The notes: a model not told the origin generated them from the sequence alone. Positions 1 to 9,313 are shown, counted from the first letter of the stretch. The stretch: 64,000 nt of DNA from an uncultured delta proteobacterium (GCA_963711565.1 CAVQEQ010000004.1:1152001-1216000); one strand, 5' to 3'. Made by a program: numbers and translations.

Positions 1-17
1 TCAAGGACGAGCGTCGG

Positions 18-40
18 CCTCTCCCCACGTGGGGCGAGGC
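18..40. repeat. REP-like palindrome, family C (partial copy at window edge)
   Basis: CCTCTCCCCACGTGGGGCGAGG hairpin similar to 12812-12837 and 7896-7919. Confidence 0.45.
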
Positions 41-49
41 GAAGAAGGG

Positions 50-853
50 CTACTTCGCGTAGCCGACCTCTTGCAGGAAGTCGCGCACCAGTTGATTGAA
101 CACCGGGGCGTTCTCGAAATAGATCGAATGACCGCTGCCGGGCACCGTCCGCAGCCGCGCGTTGGGCAGGGCCGACGCCAGTGCCTTGACGATATCCGGC
201 CTGATCAGCGTGTCTTCTTCACCAACCGTGCACAGTATCGGCATCGTCAGGCGTTGCTTCACCGCGGCGAGATCGTAGCGCAGGCCAACTATGCGTGCGC
301 CGGCGTCGGCGGGAGGACGCGCGCCGAGAATGCGAACTTCGTCGTAGAGAAACGCCATCTCGGGATGCTTGCCGAAATAATCGGCGGCATATGTCGGCAA
401 CGATCCGATCGGCGGGGACGCATCGACCGGCAGCGGGGTGCGCGGCGCCTCGAATTTCATGTCGGGCGTGAAGATGCCGCCCGGCGTATCCGCCATCACC
501 ATCGCGGCGACGCGTTCCGGATGCTCGAGCGCATAGCCGACAATTGTCCATCCGCCCATCGACTGCCCGATCAACACGGCCTTGTCGATCTTCAGATAGT
601 CGAGCAGCGCGCCGAGGTCACTCGCGTGCGCGCGATTGAACACGCCGTCAGTATCGCGTGACAAGCCGAAGCCGCGCTGATCGACCGTGATGCATTCGAA
701 CGATCGCATGAAGTAGGGAACCTGCTGCCACCATGAGAGATGGTTGCCGCCGAGCCCGTGCAGAAAGACGATCGGCGCGCCGGCCCCGACGCGCTCGTAG
801 TAGAGCGAAAACTTGCCGATCTCCAATCTGCCAGGCGTGATTCGATATTCCAT
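50..853 (-). CDS. alpha/beta fold hydrolase
   Basis: FLHGLGG oxyanion motif, DQRGFG, GQSMGG nucleophile elbow, C-terminal GHS; start trimmed to MEYRITPG. Confidence 0.9.
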   Translation of the reverse strand: MEYRITPGRLEIGKFSLYYERVGAGAPIVFLHGLGGNHLSWWQQVPYFMRSFECITVDQRGFGLSRDTDGVFNRAHASDLGALLDYLKIDKAVLIGQSMGGWTIVGYALEHPERVAAMVMADTPGGIFTPDMKFEAPRTPLPVDASPPIGSLPTYAADYFGKHPEMAFLYDEVRILGARPPADAGARIVGLRYDLAAVKQRLTMPILCTVGEEDTLIRPDIVKALASALPNARLRTVPGSGHSIYFENAPVFNQLVRDFLQEVGYAK

Positions 854-970
854 CGCGATTCCCCGTGCGAGCTTTCGTGCAGTCCAGAGTGGTAGTCCCG
901 TCAAAGCGCGCGGGCAATCCCTGATAGCCCCAAATCCTGCTAACAAGGCGAGGGCCGCATCTTCTCTTTT

Positions 971-995
971 CACTGGGTGCAGGGGTCACCCCTGC
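971..995 (+). repeat. two-hairpin element family A, copy 1 (first hairpin only)
   Basis: CACTGGGTGCAGGGGTCACCCCTGC, identical to 38224-38248; supplies the TetR stop codon. Confidence 0.8.
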
Positions 996-1591
996 TTGTC
1001 GATGCGCAGGCCTGAGAGCAGGTGCCCGACGTTCTCGCCGACCTCGCGGCGGGCACTGGGTTTGTCGCCCGCGTGCGCGATGAAGATTGCGCCTTCGGTG
1101 ATCGCGCCCATCAGCAGGTACGCGAGTGAATCGACCGGTCCGCGCGCGATGACTCCCTGGTCCATCGCGGCCTCCAGCGCGGCGATGACCAGCCGCAGAT
1201 TGTGCTTGGCGTCGATCTCGCGCCATCGCGCCCATCCCAAAACGGCGAGCGCGTCGATCAGCACGATCCGTTGCACGGCGGGATCGAGGCAGGCGTCGAG
1301 GAAAGCGTTGCATCCGGCGAGCATCCCGTCCCACGCGCTGGTATGCCCGACGGCGGCGTCGGCGACCGTTTGCGTGAGGCGCTGCTCCTCGAGATCGAAC
1401 ACGGCGGAGAACAGATCCTGCTTGTCTTTGAAGTGATGGTAGAGGGCGCCGCGGGTGACGCGGGTGCGCCGCGCGACGGTTTCGATGTCGGTCGCGGCGT
1501 AGCCGAGGCGGGCGAAGAGCTTGCGCGCGTTCTTGATGAGGGCGGCGCGGGTGGCGAGGGATTGTTCGAGCTTGCGGCTCTTGACTGTCAT
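986..1591 (-). CDS. TetR/AcrR family transcriptional regulator
   Basis: N-terminal HTH: ARKLFARLGYAATDIETVARRTRVTRGALYHHFKDKQDLF. Confidence 0.95.
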   Translation of the reverse strand: MTVKSRKLEQSLATRAALIKNARKLFARLGYAATDIETVARRTRVTRGALYHHFKDKQDLFSAVFDLEEQRLTQTVADAAVGHTSAWDGMLAGCNAFLDACLDPAVQRIVLIDALAVLGWARWREIDAKHNLRLVIAALEAAMDQGVIARGPVDSLAYLLMGAITEGAIFIAHAGDKPSARREVGENVGHLLSGLRIDKQG

Positions 1592-1609
1592 ACTATTATC
1601 ATGTCAGAT

Positions 1610-1626
1610 ACATACTGTTGGTATGT
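1610..1626. promoter_or_regulatory. probable TetR operator palindrome
   Basis: ACATAC-tgttg-GTATGT inverted repeat in the AT-rich spacer between divergent TetR and hydrolase genes. Confidence 0.65.
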
Positions 1627-1666
1627 TAAATACCCCAAACAAACAACAACAGGAGGCAGGCTAGCA

Positions 1667-2527
1667 ATGAAAGCAGCAGAATTCCATCAGGCGCGCAAAT
1701 TCGCGGACACCACCTTCGGCCGAATCGCTTACGTCGAGAAGGGCGCGGGCCCCGTGGCGCTGTTTATCCACGGCTTCCCCGTCAACGGCTTCGCGTGGCG
1801 GGACGTTCTGGACGATCTCGCCCCGGCGCGCCGCTGTATCGCGCTCGACCTGATGGGGCTGGGATACACCGAAATAAAGGCGGACCAGGATCTCGGCTTC
1901 GACCAGCAGGCCGCGATGATCGCGGCCTTCATGGATCGGCTGGGATTGTCGCAGGTCGATCTCGTCGGCAACGACAGCGGCGCGAGTATCAGCCAGGTGT
2001 TCGCGGCGCGATATCCGTCGCGGCTGCGCAGCCTCGCCCTCACTAACTGCGAGGTCCACGACCTGTGGCCCAACGCGATGCTGAAAGCGGCGTTCGATCA
2101 ATTTGCGGACCCGTCGATCATCATCGGAATGAAGACGATGCTCGACGCGCCCGCCGTCGCGCGCCAGGCGTTCGCCTCGGTCTATGAAGACGCCGAGCGA
2201 ATCCCCGACGAGGCGTTCAAGATGTATTTCGAGGCGGCGCTGGCGTCCGAGGATCGGAGCAACAACCTGCGGCGATTTCTCAGTCTCGGCAATCTGAAGG
2301 TGCTGACTGCGATCGCGCCGCAATTGCGCGAGCTCAAGGTCCCGACGTTGATCGTGTGGGGCGAGGCCGACACCGCCTTCGATCTGAAATCGGTGGATTG
2401 GCTCAAGAACAATATCGGCAACGTGCGGCGGGTGATTATGGTGCCGCGCGCAAAACTATTTTTCCCCGAGGAGCATCCCAAGCTGATGAGCGTGCTGCTG
2501 CAGGAATTCTGGCGCAGCATCGCGTAA
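1667..2527 (+). CDS. alpha/beta fold hydrolase (haloalkane dehalogenase/epoxide hydrolase-like)
   Basis: FIHGFP, DLMGLG, GNDSG (Asp nucleophile); AGGAGG RBS before ATG 1667. Confidence 0.9.
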   Translation: MKAAEFHQARKFADTTFGRIAYVEKGAGPVALFIHGFPVNGFAWRDVLDDLAPARRCIALDLMGLGYTEIKADQDLGFDQQAAMIAAFMDRLGLSQVDLVGNDSGASISQVFAARYPSRLRSLALTNCEVHDLWPNAMLKAAFDQFADPSIIIGMKTMLDAPAVARQAFASVYEDAERIPDEAFKMYFEAALASEDRSNNLRRFLSLGNLKVLTAIAPQLRELKVPTLIVWGEADTAFDLKSVDWLKNNIGNVRRVIMVPRAKLFFPEEHPKLMSVLLQEFWRSIA

Positions 2528-2543
2528 GTCGCGCGGTCACTCG

Positions 2544-2945
2544 TTAGCCGCGATGGCGAATCTCGGTACGGCCGCCGCCGAAGAACAGATAGTGGCAGGG
2601 TTGGTCGATGAGCAGGCGATGCCAGATTCCCTGGGGCACGATGACCGCCTCGCCGGCCTTGACCGGGATCTCGGCGCGGCCATCGTCAAGCTCCAGCGAC
2701 AACCGAAAGGCGCCGGAGATCAGGTAGAGAACCTCGTCGGCGTCGAGATGGCGTTCGCCGCCATGGCTTCCGCTATCGTCCTGCCGGCTCTCGCCCCAGA
2801 GGATCCCGTCAACCGCGGGATTCCATATCATGGTGTCGGCGAGTTTGGTGACGTTGCTGAAATCCTTGGGAAGGAACTCCGCCGATCCGCGAGGGCGGCT
2901 GTGAACGTGCACGTTGGAGAGAGTCACGACCTTGGGTTGGGGCAT
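2544..2945 (-). CDS. cupin domain protein
   Basis: ERHLDADEVLYLISG and GEAVIVPQGIWH cupin motifs. Confidence 0.85.
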   Translation of the reverse strand: MPQPKVVTLSNVHVHSRPRGSAEFLPKDFSNVTKLADTMIWNPAVDGILWGESRQDDSGSHGGERHLDADEVLYLISGAFRLSLELDDGRAEIPVKAGEAVIVPQGIWHRLLIDQPCHYLFFGGGRTEIRHRG

Positions 2946-2992
2946 CCGAGATCACCTCTGTTCGAGTCTCGACCAAAACTGTAAGCAGAAAA

Positions 2993-3586
2993 TTAGTCGG
3001 GACGCGAAGCGGTCTGGACGCACGAGGGGCCGACTAGTCGCCACTTCGCGAGATGCGCGCCCTTCCTGCCCTTGATCATCCCCGACAATTCGCGGCCGTC
3101 CGCGGACAGAATGAGATCGGCCTCGAGCGAAGCCGGATTCGTGTTGTTGATTCGTACCGAGACCGTCCGTCCCTTGACGGTCCCGCTGCCTACCGCCCAT
3201 AGCTTGCCCGTGCCGCCGTCGTAGCTGGTGACAGTTAGCTCGTGGCCGTCCTGTACTATCAGATGACAATTCGAGCCCATGTCGCGCCACGCACCGCTCA
3301 AATTTCTGTGCACTGGCGCGGTCGTTGCGATTGCCGGACTGTCGCCGGCGCTTGCGGGCGCATTGGCGGGGGCGTCAGCGGCAGCTAACGGACCATTCTC
3401 ATCGAGCATGTGCGGGTGGGCACTCGCTCTCGCTTCGATACCGGCCCTGCGGCGTGGATGGTTTCCGAGATATCCGGTCTGGTGTAGCAGGCCGATCAAG
3501 CCCGCGGCAGCGGCGATCGCGGTTGCGATCCCGTTGAACAGGCTCGGCATCACTTGGCGCAGTCCGGTTCTGGCGCTGTCCCCCAT
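2993..3586 (-). CDS. hypothetical membrane-anchored protein with C-terminal beta domain
   Basis: N-terminal hydrophobic segment, Ala/Pro linker, LSGAWRD... beta-rich domain; GAGG RBS. Confidence 0.65.
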   Translation of the reverse strand: MGDSARTGLRQVMPSLFNGIATAIAAAAGLIGLLHQTGYLGNHPRRRAGIEARASAHPHMLDENGPLAAADAPANAPASAGDSPAIATTAPVHRNLSGAWRDMGSNCHLIVQDGHELTVTSYDGGTGKLWAVGSGTVKGRTVSVRINNTNPASLEADLILSADGRELSGMIKGRKGAHLAKWRLVGPSCVQTASRPD

Positions 3587-3694
3587 CCCGCGACCTCAAG
3601 ACAAGTCCGACGGGCGAATCTTAGGGTAACGGGCGGGACTGCATCAAGCGCGCGCGGGCACGATCGAGGCAGTTGTGGCGACGGACAAGACGGC

Positions 3695-4348
3695 CTAGCG
3701 GATGCGTCTACCTGGTCTAACCTTGAACCGGCGGGAATCTCGTTGGGACTTGAGGTAAATCACGAGCGCGATAGCCCCTACGAATAGAACTTCCCAGAAC
3801 AGCAGAACATTCAGATGGTCCATTCTGTCGTACCACGCACCTGACGCAGCAACCTGGCTGACCGGCGTGCCAGCCGTGGTCATGAAGGTGTCGCGCCATC
3901 GCGTCACGATCATGACGCCGTTCCATACGAGACCCACAGCCAGAACCACCACCCAGAAAAGCACGCCGAATTGCTGGGGCAGGCGACGACGAACGATGCT
4001 GTCAACCGACCCGGGCTCCGGGATGATCATGGGAGCCGCTATATGATCCTTGAAATGGCGGAGGTCCGGACTGGAATATCCTTCCAAGGTCGCCGGCTCC
4101 GGGGGGCTCGGGAAGAGCGTGGTGTGATCGATTGTGGGGCTGGTAGCCTCGCGAATCTGGCGCAGGATAAAAAGCATATCCTGCTTGCAGGTCAGGGTTC
4201 CCAGGAGCGCGCACTTCGATAACGCCTCGAGTTCCTGAGGGGTTATGCTCAGGCGCGCGATGAGGTCGTGGTCGTTCCGAATCTCGTCGAGGATCGCCCG
4301 CTCTTGTTGCGAGGTAATCTTCAAATGCGCTGATGAATCGCCTTTCAT
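3695..4348 (-). CDS. hypothetical membrane protein (soluble N-terminal domain, two C-terminal TM helices)
   Basis: 217-aa ORF with two hydrophobic helices and a basic tail. Confidence 0.7.
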   Translation of the reverse strand: MKGDSSAHLKITSQQERAILDEIRNDHDLIARLSITPQELEALSKCALLGTLTCKQDMLFILRQIREATSPTIDHTTLFPSPPEPATLEGYSSPDLRHFKDHIAAPMIIPEPGSVDSIVRRRLPQQFGVLFWVVVLAVGLVWNGVMIVTRWRDTFMTTAGTPVSQVAASGAWYDRMDHLNVLLFWEVLFVGAIALVIYLKSQRDSRRFKVRPGRRIR

Positions 4349-4604
4349 GGAGCGGGATTCTGACGCCGCACGCGGCTTAAAGCAAGACTAAAGACCACGT
4401 GAGACGGATAAGACCTTATAACGTGCGTAAGAGACCCATAAAAATCCAATAGACAAAGCATATAGTAAGTTTTGCCTACCTACTGTAAGACCAGGCGGGG
4501 CGAAGCTGTAGCGAATTTCTACCCGATGTATAGGAATCGGGCTGGCGGCAGGTGCTCGATGCGACGGTGGAGGCGCAGGTATGCGGGCGCAACCGCCTCA
4601 GAAT

Positions 4605-4676
4605 TGCCCCGGCCGGGAATCGAACCCGGACCTGAGGTTCCGGAGACCTCCGTGATGTCCTTTTCACTACCGGGGC
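4605..4676 (-). tRNA. tRNA-Arg(CCG)
   Basis: Reverse complement GCCCCGGTAGTGAAAAGGACATCACGGAGGTCTCCGGAACCTCAGGTCCGGGTTCGATTCCCGGCCGGGGCA folds as a cloverleaf; anticodon CCG; GTTCGAT T-loop; CCA not encoded. Confidence 0.95.
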
Positions 4677-4765
4677 GAAGGATGCGGCAGAGGACAGAAC
4701 TACATCAGCGATGGACGGCGGACAAGGCGCGCGGTGGTTGATCCTCGCGTCGAGCGCGCGGCACC

Positions 4766-5575
4766 ATGGTCGCGATGGCGACTGACACAGGCATCGACTC
4801 GGCACGTATCCTGCGCGAGCAATACAAGGACGGCTCCAACCTGACGGCGCGCATCCGGCTACATCAGCGCTTCAGCACCAATCGCTACGGATTTTTCCGC
4901 TGGATGTTCGATCGAATCCAGATTCCTGAAAACGCGCGCGTGCTCGAGATCGGCTGCGGCACCGGCGTATTGTGGCGCGGCGCGGCGCAGGTCCTTCGCG
5001 GCTGGCGCGTGATTCTCACCGACATGTCCGCCGGGATGCTGGACGAAGCGCGCACCAATCTCGCGCAGCTTGACCGCTCGTTCGCCTACTCGCAGGCCGA
5101 CGCGCAGGAACTGCCGTTTCAGGACGCGTCGTTCGACGCCGTCATCGCGAATCACATGCTCTATCACGTCCCCGACATCCCGCGCGCGCTCAAAGAGGTT
5201 GGGCGCGTGCTCAAGCCGTCGGGCTTCTGCTATGCGGCCACGATGGGACTCGCGAGCATGCGGGAGATGGACGAGCTTGGGGCGCGTTTTTTCTCGATTC
5301 ACCGGATGACGGGGTCGGCCGCGAAATTCGGTCTCGAGAGCGGTGAGCCTTACATGCGCGCCGCCTTCGGGGAGGTCAAGCTCGAACGTTACCCCGACTC
5401 GCTGGCGATTACCGAAGCCGCGCCGTTGATGGATTACATCTGCTCGATGCGCGTGCGAACCAGAATCACCGACGAGCAGATCGCGGCACTACGCGCGCAC
5501 GTCGAGAACGAAATCGCGACCTACGGCGCAATCCGGATGACCAAGGACGCGGGGATGTTCATCGCGCGGCGCTAA
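4766..5575 (+). CDS. class I SAM-dependent methyltransferase
   Basis: VLEIGCGTG motif I, LPFQDASFDAVIANHMLYHV, RVLKPSG. Confidence 0.92.
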   Translation: MVAMATDTGIDSARILREQYKDGSNLTARIRLHQRFSTNRYGFFRWMFDRIQIPENARVLEIGCGTGVLWRGAAQVLRGWRVILTDMSAGMLDEARTNLAQLDRSFAYSQADAQELPFQDASFDAVIANHMLYHVPDIPRALKEVGRVLKPSGFCYAATMGLASMREMDELGARFFSIHRMTGSAAKFGLESGEPYMRAAFGEVKLERYPDSLAITEAAPLMDYICSMRVRTRITDEQIAALRAHVENEIATYGAIRMTKDAGMFIARR

Positions 5576-5594
5576 GAGTGCGCGTCCGCACCCA

Positions 5595-5818
5595 CGAAGG
5601 AGCGCTGCGCGATCTCAGAAACCGGAACCGGCTTCGCGTGCGCGAAGCTGTCCGAGGTTCCTCCTCCCGTCGCGTTCGCTCCCGTCGTCGGAATGACAGA
5701 AGCGCTCGCCTCGCTCGCTTCGTCAGGGCATAAATAATCGCTCGCCATGCTCGCTTCAGTCAGAACGACGACCAATGCTCGCAACTCGGAGCCGGTTTCG
5801 GAGATCGCGCAGCGCTCC
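5595..5818. repeat. REP/MITE-like element, family D, with ~27-bp terminal inverted repeats
   Basis: 5595-5700 is the reverse complement of 12567-12671 with about 3 differences; GGAGCGCTGCGCGATCTCAGAAACCGG pairs with CCGGTTTCGGAGATCGCGCAGCGCTCC at 5792-5818. Confidence 0.85.
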
Positions 5819-5845
5819 ATTGCTGGGGTCGTCGCGCGGCGCTGA

Positions 5846-6703
5846 TCAGTACAGAATCGACGGGATGAAAGGGAGGCGCGGCTCGTTGTAGAGTCCGACG
5901 CTCATCAGCGTGTTTTGCTGCATCAGTTTGAGGCCCTTGCTGTAGCACCATCGGAGCAGTTCCCCGTTGCGCGACGGTATCAGCGGGCCGGGTCCGCTAA
6001 AGGCGGGCGCCGCCGCGATCAACGCCTTCAGCTCCTCGTTCGATTCGCCGACCGCATAGCCGCCGTATCCGATTGCGGTCGCGTAACCTGTGATGCGGCC
6101 AAGATGCTCGGCGACGTTCGCCGTCCGATCCGTGATCGCATCGCGCAATTCAGCGCCGCGTTCGTGGCCGTGGACCGCGAAATGGAGCCGATTGCATGCG
6201 GCGACATCGGCTTCTGTAGCGGCGCGCACCTTGTAACCTGGGATCGACTCGTTGATCAGCGGTCCGGTCATCAGAGACAGCGGTTCGCGGGTTTCGAAGC
6301 CGAGCTTGGTGTACAGACTGAACGAGCGGCTGTGATACGCCGACTGGACCAGCCTGACGCCCGGCCACCGATGCTCGGCGACACGATCGAGCATGTGTTG
6401 CATCATCGCGCGCCCGGCGCCGCTGTTCTGCACGTCCGGATCGACGCTGATCGGGCCGATGCCCGCGATCGGCGCGCGCTCGTCCTGGAAGTTGCTGCCG
6501 GCGATGCGCCCGTCCACTTCGACTGCGATTCCATAAAAGCCGGGATTCGAGATCATTGCCGTGAGCATTCCGACCGTCGCGTCGAGCGATGGGAACTCGT
6601 GCGGGAACTTGTGCTCGTCCGCCAGCGTGCAGAAGGCGCGGTAGCAGATTTCTGAGCAGACCGGGATGTCCTCGCGGGTGGCGCGTCGAATATTTGTCTT
6701 CAT
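5846..6703 (-). CDS. GNAT family N-acetyltransferase
   Basis: IRRATREDIP, ISVDPDVQNSGAGRAMM acetyl-CoA motif, LYTKLGF; start trimmed to MKTNIRR. Confidence 0.9.
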   Translation of the reverse strand: MKTNIRRATREDIPVCSEICYRAFCTLADEHKFPHEFPSLDATVGMLTAMISNPGFYGIAVEVDGRIAGSNFQDERAPIAGIGPISVDPDVQNSGAGRAMMQHMLDRVAEHRWPGVRLVQSAYHSRSFSLYTKLGFETREPLSLMTGPLINESIPGYKVRAATEADVAACNRLHFAVHGHERGAELRDAITDRTANVAEHLGRITGYATAIGYGGYAVGESNEELKALIAAAPAFSGPGPLIPSRNGELLRWCYSKGLKLMQQNTLMSVGLYNEPRLPFIPSILY

Positions 6704-6735
6704 GTTTTCCGTTCTCCGAAGAAGCGAATCTGTTT

Positions 6736-7569
6736 TTACGCCGACGCCTTTATCTCGCGAAGCATCTCGGCGTGGCGCCGGTCCGCCTCGGGCCGCGTCT
6801 GCGCAATCGCCTCGACGAGCTCGTCGTGCAGCCGGCCGTTGGTTGCCAGGATATTCGCGGCGGCGACGTTGAGCTCGGAACCGTCCATGTTGGTCGCGCG
6901 TCCGCGCGCTTCCTCGACAATCAAAGCGCCGGCGGCCACGTCCCACGGCTTGAGCCCGAATTCCCAGAATCCATCGGTGCGTCCTGCCGCGACGTAGGCG
7001 AGATCGAGCGCCGCCGAACCAGTGCGGCGGATGCCCTGCGATCGCGTCATCAGTTCCTCCCAGAAGGCCAGGTAGAAGCGGCGGCGCTCGCGGCGGTCGT
7101 ACGCGAATCCGGTGCAGAGCAGGGCCGAGCACAGGTTAGGCGTCGCGCTGACGCGAATCGGTTTGCCGTTGAGGCGCGCGCCCTGTCCGCGATGCGCCAC
7201 GAAGCATTCTTTCTTGAGCGCGTCGAAGACCACGCCGAACTGCAGGCGGCCGCGCCGCTCGTACGCGATCGACACGCAGAATTGCGGATAGCCGTGCGCG
7301 AAGTTGGTGGTGCCGTCGAGCGGATCGATAATCCATCGATGGTCGCTTTGATGGGCGCTCGCGCCGCTCTCCTCGGCGAGGATCGCATGAGTGGGAAACG
7401 CGCGATGGATTACTTCGATGATCGCCGCTTCCGATTCGCGATCGGCTTCGGTGACGAGATCGATCGAGTTCGACTTGCGGTTGATGGTGATGCGGCTGAG
7501 GCGTTTGAGATGAATTCTGCCGGCGGCACGCGCGGCGCGGAGCGCAACCTGTTCGATTTCATTGATCAC
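6736..7569 (-). CDS. suhB: inositol monophosphatase family protein SuhB
   Basis: DLVTEAD, ILAEES, WIIDPLDGTTNFAHG, GSAALDL, WDVAAG motifs. Confidence 0.92.
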   Translation of the reverse strand: MINEIEQVALRAARAAGRIHLKRLSRITINRKSNSIDLVTEADRESEAAIIEVIHRAFPTHAILAEESGASAHQSDHRWIIDPLDGTTNFAHGYPQFCVSIAYERRGRLQFGVVFDALKKECFVAHRGQGARLNGKPIRVSATPNLCSALLCTGFAYDRRERRRFYLAFWEELMTRSQGIRRTGSAALDLAYVAAGRTDGFWEFGLKPWDVAAGALIVEEARGRATNMDGSELNVAAANILATNGRLHDELVEAIAQTRPEADRRHAEMLREIKASA

Positions 7570-7667
7570 GGTAAAGATAAGTATTACTCGCGAGGCAAGT
7601 CGTCCAGCGCGACGCGCAGATCAATCGACAATGGGTCGCAAGATTTGCAGATGCGCACGCCGCCGCT

Positions 7668-7923
7668 CTTAACCTCCCCTTGTCCGAGGGGAGGTCGCCG
7701 CGCGCCGAAGGAGCGCGGCGGGTGAGGTGCAACGCGCGACATCGCACAACGCGCGGGTCTCTTTTTGGCGACATGTCAGAAAAGTACTGCTGCGGTCCAG
7801 AGCCAGTAACTCTGTACTGTGGTTAGACGATTTGGGAATGGTGCGCTGTCAGGCGTTGCACCTCGCCCGGCGACACCGCTGCGCGGCTTTCGCCGACCTC
7901 TCCTCGGACAAGGAGAGGTTAAG
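7668..7923. repeat. inverted pair of REP-like palindromes, family C (7668-7735 and 7853-7923)
   Basis: CTTAACCTCCCCTTGTCCGAGGGGAGGTCG...GGTGAGGTGCAACGC versus the reverse complement of GCGTTGCACCTCGCCC...CGACCTCTCCTCGGACAAGGAGAGGTTAAG. Confidence 0.85.
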
Positions 7924-7930
7924 GAATCGG

Positions 7931-9109
7931 CTACCAGCGCGGGGTTTCGGCCAGGCCGATGCCGAGGGCGACCTTGCCCAGCAGCTCGCGCGCGCGGGCG
8001 TTGGACAGCGGATGATTCGGGCCCGCGCGAACGTCGCGGTAGTGGCGCTCCATTGGGAATTTTTTCAGCATCCCGTGTGCGCCAACGACCTCCATGCAGT
8101 AATCGACCGCGCGGATCGCGTTGTTGGTCGCGACATACTTCGGCATCACGACGCGCGCGAGTCCCGCCTCGCCCTTGAATGAATCGCGATCGTGAATGTA
8201 GTCGTTGGCGACGCCGAGATAGAGCGCACGCGATTGCGCGATCAGCGCCTCGGCCTCGGCAATCGCGAACTGGATGCCCGGCAGATATTTGATCGTCCGC
8301 GGCTGCGTAAGGGGTTTCAGGCGCCCGGCAAATTCCTTGGCGAACTTCAATGCAGCAATCGCCACGCCGGTGTAGGTCGCGGCGACGGAAATCCCAAACC
8401 ATGCGAACAGCGAAATGGCTTGGTCGTTGACGGGGCCGATCGGCCGCGATTCCGCCATTGCGATCGCCGGAACGCGCACGTCCTTGATGACGAGATCGTG
8501 ACTGGCCGTTGCCCGCATCCCCATCGCGTCCCACGTTTCGATCAGCTCGAAGCCGGGAGTGCTACGCGGCACGACGAAGGTCGACGAGGCGGGCGGACTC
8601 GAATCCTCGATCGTCGCCATCACCATGAAGAGATCGATCACCGGCGAGAGACTGGTGAAAATTTTGCGGCCGTTGAGAACGTAGAACTCGCCGTCGCGGC
8701 GCGCGCGCGTCGCGAAGTGGCCCCAGTCGCCGCCGGTTTCGGGTTCGCTGATTCCGCCGCCGAGGATTTGTTTGCCGCGCGCAATCGCGTCGAAGAACAA
8801 TTCCTCCTGCGGGCGTCCGGTGGCGCGCTCGACCATGCTGCCGATGCCGAACAGATGCATGTTGATTGCAATCGTAGTCGCGGCGCATCCCTGCGCGAGC
8901 TGCTCCTGGCAGAGGGCAAAATCCTCGAGGTCGGCGCCGAGCCCGCCGTATTTTTCCGGAATGACGAGCGCGGTGTATCCGGCCGCCTTCATCTTGTCAA
9001 CGTTCTCGACCGGGAATGAATTGACGCGATCATGTTCTCCGGCGCGAGTGGCAAAGTCGGCCGCAAGCTCAGCTGTAAGGGATACAAGTTTGTCGCGTCG
9101 ATCAGACAT
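7931..9109 (-). CDS. acyl-CoA dehydrogenase family protein
   Basis: IPEKYGGLG, ISEPETG, YVLNGRKIFTS, WDAMGMRATASHD, ERHYRDVR. Confidence 0.92.
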   Translation of the reverse strand: MSDRRDKLVSLTAELAADFATRAGEHDRVNSFPVENVDKMKAAGYTALVIPEKYGGLGADLEDFALCQEQLAQGCAATTIAINMHLFGIGSMVERATGRPQEELFFDAIARGKQILGGGISEPETGGDWGHFATRARRDGEFYVLNGRKIFTSLSPVIDLFMVMATIEDSSPPASSTFVVPRSTPGFELIETWDAMGMRATASHDLVIKDVRVPAIAMAESRPIGPVNDQAISLFAWFGISVAATYTGVAIAALKFAKEFAGRLKPLTQPRTIKYLPGIQFAIAEAEALIAQSRALYLGVANDYIHDRDSFKGEAGLARVVMPKYVATNNAIRAVDYCMEVVGAHGMLKKFPMERHYRDVRAGPNHPLSNARARELLGKVALGIGLAETPRW

Positions 9110-9313
9110 CAGATGGACTCCGCATAGAAAATCGCACCGGCAAACAGTGCCACGAAAGCGGCGCGCAAAGAAACGGATTACTTGCCGACTGACGTGCTCG
9201 GCGGAGCGTCGTACGGGATGCCCCAACGATCTTCGCGCCTTGACGGACGTGGAAGTAAGTACGCAGGCCGTTCCTGTTTCGGTCCGATGCTATTGAAGGA
9301 GAGGCTTCGATGA

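Noticed and set aside
1-4676. Integrated prophage or ICE at tRNA-Arg
   Set aside because: No integrase, and no duplicate of the tRNA 3' end was found by eye within the window.
5572-5820. 82-aa ORF sharing a peptide with ORF 12429-12755
   Set aside because: The identity comes from the non-coding family D repeat, not from a protein family.
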